The notes beneath the pieces are model-generated. The model made no database searches and was not told the DNA's origin. It saw nothing but the letters and a program-made list of their open reading frames with translations. Position numbers and translations under genes: made by a program. Positions 59,899 to 64,000 of a stretch of 64,000 nt of DNA are shown in pieces; within the stretch, counting starts at the first letter, position 1, and each line of letters begins with the position of its first letter. The stretch lies in assembly GCA_003344405.1 (NCBI GenBank), contig NOWV01000011.1, positions 62,001 through 126,000 on the forward strand. Reading direction: 5' to 3'. The DNA is from Trichoplax sp. H2. Taxonomy: Eukaryota.

Positions 59899-62800
59899 AT
59901 GGATTATGTCATGTTAAGAGAATCAGAAGACGGAAATAGCGAAGAAAATAACTGGCCTGATCTCTTGTTAAATGCCAGTATATCATTACATAATAACTGG
60001 GATAAAATCGACCCGGTGGAAAATCCTTTCGTTCCTCTCGATTTACACACCGCCTCTTCTATTGGTCATTATGAACAAGTCCGAAATTTAACGGATGGCC
60101 AACCCTTTGACGTTGTCAATAAACAAAATAAAGGTTCATTTTCCTTCGATTCCATTGATGTGATCTAGTATAGTGTGTATACAATCCAAGTTAATCTAGA
60201 AATGAGACGATAGTGTGGAAATAATATCCATGATATAGAAGTTTCAACAACAAAAATAACATGCACAATCATCGGAATAATAATCACTTTTATTGATGAC
60301 CAGCGCATACAAAGGCACATGAATTAAGATAACACAGACGATCATCGTCATAATTGTTTACTTTGATCTGATCCACTTTTAATGAGAATCAATTTCCATT
60401 AGTTAGCCAATGAATTTCTAACTAATAGCCCCTTTGCTATCCTTGTACTGGATGATATGACACAACAGTACAGATAATAAATAACACGAACATGCTGTAG
60501 TCATTCTGGTTATAACTTAGAAAAATGCTTAGTTTGCTCTGTTGCCTTATTTTTATAAACTGATTTCTGTCTGTTAATAAATATCTAATTGTAGATCATT
60601 GGACACCATTAATGTATGCTTCTTATATGGGCCACGATACCACCCTTGATTTACTTTTTGAAGCTGGAGCTGATCCCAACGTCAAAACTATTCATGGTAT
60701 CACCGCATTGATGTTAGCTGCAAGCTGTGGCCATGAATCGATAGTCTACGCACTTTTACAGGTAATTGCATTCATTTTGAATAAAGATTCGCCAAGCTAT
60801 GTTATACTACTTTCGATATCAACCTGAAATCCTATTCTATCATCATGCAGTAGGTTCATTGATCCCATTTTTATAATTAGGCAATAAGTGACTCTGAATT
60901 ACTAGTTTACGCGTAAATGTATATACATTTAAATGATAGCCCACTTGCTTGAAGTATCACATTTCCCCAACATCAAAGTGTCAATGAATTCATAATTAAG
61001 TACTATTTCAAACTGAATATAAACTTTAATGATATTTTACTTGTATGATAGATCCTACTTAGGCAACGTCTCCGTTTTGAATAATTTAGATTAAAGTACT
61101 CGTTCAAATTTGAACCCATTTTAAAACTCTTTTATAAATTTTGTTTCTAATAATATCAAGCTGACAGTAGCAATCCTACAAAATTTCCAAAATAGCAAAA
61201 ATTTTAAATAATTCATATTAAAATACACTAGAACTTCTAATTTAAAATCATATAAATCATATCCTATGCTAGTATAACCTTTCCATTTTTCCTACAACAT
61301 GAAGAAATACGTATTTAATTTACGCTATTTTATATTTGTAACAATATTAAAATGTTGCAGTTGTTTTTATAAAAGTATCAAAGTTATAAATCAATGAGAG
61401 AAAAAATTAATACGTACCCATATTCCATAACAGCACAATCTTTCCCATTGTATTACATCAAAATATTGTATGGTTCATATTAAAATATTGCACCTATTCA
61501 AGTTTATCTTAGAAAAAGTTACCGATAATTTACTCATTAATATTGATCAAATTTAGGAGGAAAATGATGCGATAATTGAGAATAAATTGTATACCTTAGT
61601 ATATATATATATGGATGAGCTATTTAATACGGTACTTTCCATTAAATCCTTTTCACCGACATTATTAATTTTAATTAAATTAATGAGAGTAAATATAAGT
61701 AGATACTTTATAAATTACAGTGCTTTCGTAGTATTTGTTTTATGCAAATGCCTTCCTGATTTCAAATCTCTATTGGACAGTCAAATTTTACACAATTCTT
61801 ACTCGTTCATAACTTTGATGACATGAAATAATCTCAAACTAATTTCATTTTTAATTACGTCATTTCAGCAAGGAGCAGCACCTAACGATGCAGATCAATG
61901 TGGAATTACGTCATTGTTTTATTCCTGTCGTCAGGGAAATGCCAGTGTTGTAGCATTGCTGCTTGCCAATGACGCAGATCCAAACATAAAGTAAACGCCG
62001 TCTGACGCAGTATAATCGATGATAGCATTAACTTAAAAATGCCGTACTATTTTCTATATTTCGTCTTGAAATACATTCAAAATTTCTTACGTTAGTAAAA
62101 ACTTATCGCTATTTACAGAGACCCAAAAAATGGTATGACACCACTACTGGAAGCCGCAAGAAGTGGGCGCGAAGTTATTATTAGCACATTACTGAAAAAT
62201 GTAATGCTAGTACCGTCCAAAATATCACTAGCTTATTAGAACCACATATACGATAGCTAACTGCAGGTTACTGCATGATTATATAGGGTGCAGATCCTCA
62301 TATCCGAAATAAGGAAGGAAGTACAGCGCGTTCCTTAGCTGTACGCTCTGGTAATACTGTTGCAGTTAAAATGTTTGACAACCTCTTACCTCAACGCGAT
62401 GACTCTAAACTAACATCGAGTGATCCAGGTCTGAATCAAGGATAACCCGATATGGAAATAGATATCTATCATTTCATTTCAGATATAATGTGACGTATTA
62501 TAATGCTGCGCATTCATTTCCATGATTTTTACTCATAAGGTGTGGTCAGATCGAGATCATCTGATCAGATTGAAGAAATTAGCAAAGAAAATGCTAATCT
62601 AAATACGCCGCAAGATTATGGCATTAGAAAAGGACCAGAAGAATTTAATCGCCTGGTTAGGCAAAAATCTAATGAAAAGCAATTACCTACTGCTGGTAAT
62701 GAGATAGCCGATCTAGAAGGTAATTTTTCCAAGTTGACTCTAGGATTCGGAAAGTAAGAGATTGTATACTATTAGACATCTAAATACTTTCTTATATTCT

Positions 62801-63618
62801 ATCTCTACAGCTCGTAAAACCGTTAAATTTCAAGAAGATATTGATGTAGCTCTAATACAATCATCAGATAAAGATGTGACTCCTACCAAAATGAATCCCC
62901 TACCCACTGAACGAGGTATACATGATTTATTTCTCATTATGCCATTTAAAAAATTATCATAGCAATCGTACTAAATGACTACATTACGAACTAAAAGAAT
63001 TTATAACTAATCTTGTAATGAAACACTTTTCATCCATAAAATGATTTATATATAATACTAGCCGTTTCATCCAAGAAAGAAGTAGAAATCTTATCAAATA
63101 GTTCAGAAAGCGATTCTGATATTGGATTCTTTCGAGGTGGCATGGAAACAGTAAAATATGATGGTCCGTTAAGTCCAAGTTCAAGTAGTACTAATCTACT
63201 ACTTAAGCGCAGCGATTCTATTCCAGAAAAACAGGAGAATAAGCAGCAAAATACCGTAAGTAGACAAAACTCAGCAAGTTCTCGCGCAGTAAGTGATCAT
63301 GATGAGGGAGTCGTTCAGTTCTTGGAACAACTCAAGCTATCGAAATATTTATCGACTTTTGAAGAACAAGAGATCGATATGGAAACGCTATTGACGCTTA
63401 GTGAAGCAGATCTTATATCGATAGGAATCAAGTAATTGCTCAATTTCTTTACAAAAAACATTCACTACTGTTGCCGTAAACATTATAAACATTTATACTT
63501 AATGTCATCAAACTGGATACCATCATAACGGCATTCCATTTGCATCTATAGATTATTAGGTCCTAGAAGAAAAATTTCTATGGCAATATCGCGTCACTCG
63601 TCAAAGAGATCGTCTAAA
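59899..63618 (+). CDS. ANKS3: Ankyrin repeat and SAM domain-containing protein 3, multi-exon; 3' end uncertain and may continue past the window
   Basis: N-terminal PLDLHTASSIGHYEQV is ANKS3-typical. Five more ankyrin repeats follow (WTPLMYASYMGH, ITALMLAASCGH, ITSLFYSCRQGN, MTPLLEAARSGR, STARSLAVRSGN), then a Ser-rich linker and a SAM domain FLEQLKLSKYLSTFEEQEIDMETLLTLSEADLISIGIKLLGPRRKI. Confidence 0.87.
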
Positions 63619-64000
63619 GTTAGTATCTCTGTATCACTATACGAGTTAGATAAGACTATAATACATCCATCGTTTTTCATTAATTTAATATTAGTTATTT
63701 TAGAGCATTAGAGTATTGCTCTACAACTTTTAGCTATGTAGCTATTTAAATCTGGATATTGGAAGTCCTCTAAATTTAATTCCTCTCAATAAGTAGAATA
63801 CTGGAACTTCATAACTACAGTTTAAATAACTTCATTAAAATATGAAATTGTACTATAAAAATGACTTCAGATGTATAATTTCGAGACGAGGAATCATACA
63901 TGGAAGTCTCTCTTTCCCTAATGGTTTTTTTAAGTGTAGAATGTAATATATTTCATAAAATTACAATATTGCCTTTTTGTATAATATTATTGCTGCTTCC

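Overview
AT-rich, intron-dense eukaryotic genomic DNA with many short GT-AG introns and a metazoan gene set. The style fits a compact early-branching animal genome such as the placozoan Trichoplax; this is inference and was not verified. Gene order: WDR7/Rabconnectin-3beta (+, 5' end outside the window), DHX37 (+), sigma-like GST-A (+), LACTB (-), GLB1L2/3-like GH35 beta-galactosidase (+), GST-B (-), GST-C (+), GST-D (+), a decayed fifth GST (+), a PKNOX/Prep TALE homeobox gene (-), XRCC2 (-), an 85-bp tandem repeat array and ANKS3 (+, 3' end uncertain). The ORF track misses several things: (1) a probable 9-nt first coding exon of PKNOX 4.3 kb upstream, set in a dense cluster of TALE sites, CCAAT boxes, an E-box and an RFX X-box; (2) the GST cluster is split by two unrelated genes and includes a pseudogene with three disabling lesions; (3) TACAG/CTGTA tracts recur about 300-470 bp upstream of start codons; (4) X-box palindromes lie near GST genes; (5) the galactosidase may have an intron-retention switch at its C-terminus; (6) there are degenerate local duplications, one with exon-like splice signals. 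I found no RNA genes, CRISPR arrays or autonomous mobile elements, and no clearly new protein system can be shown from the sequence alone.
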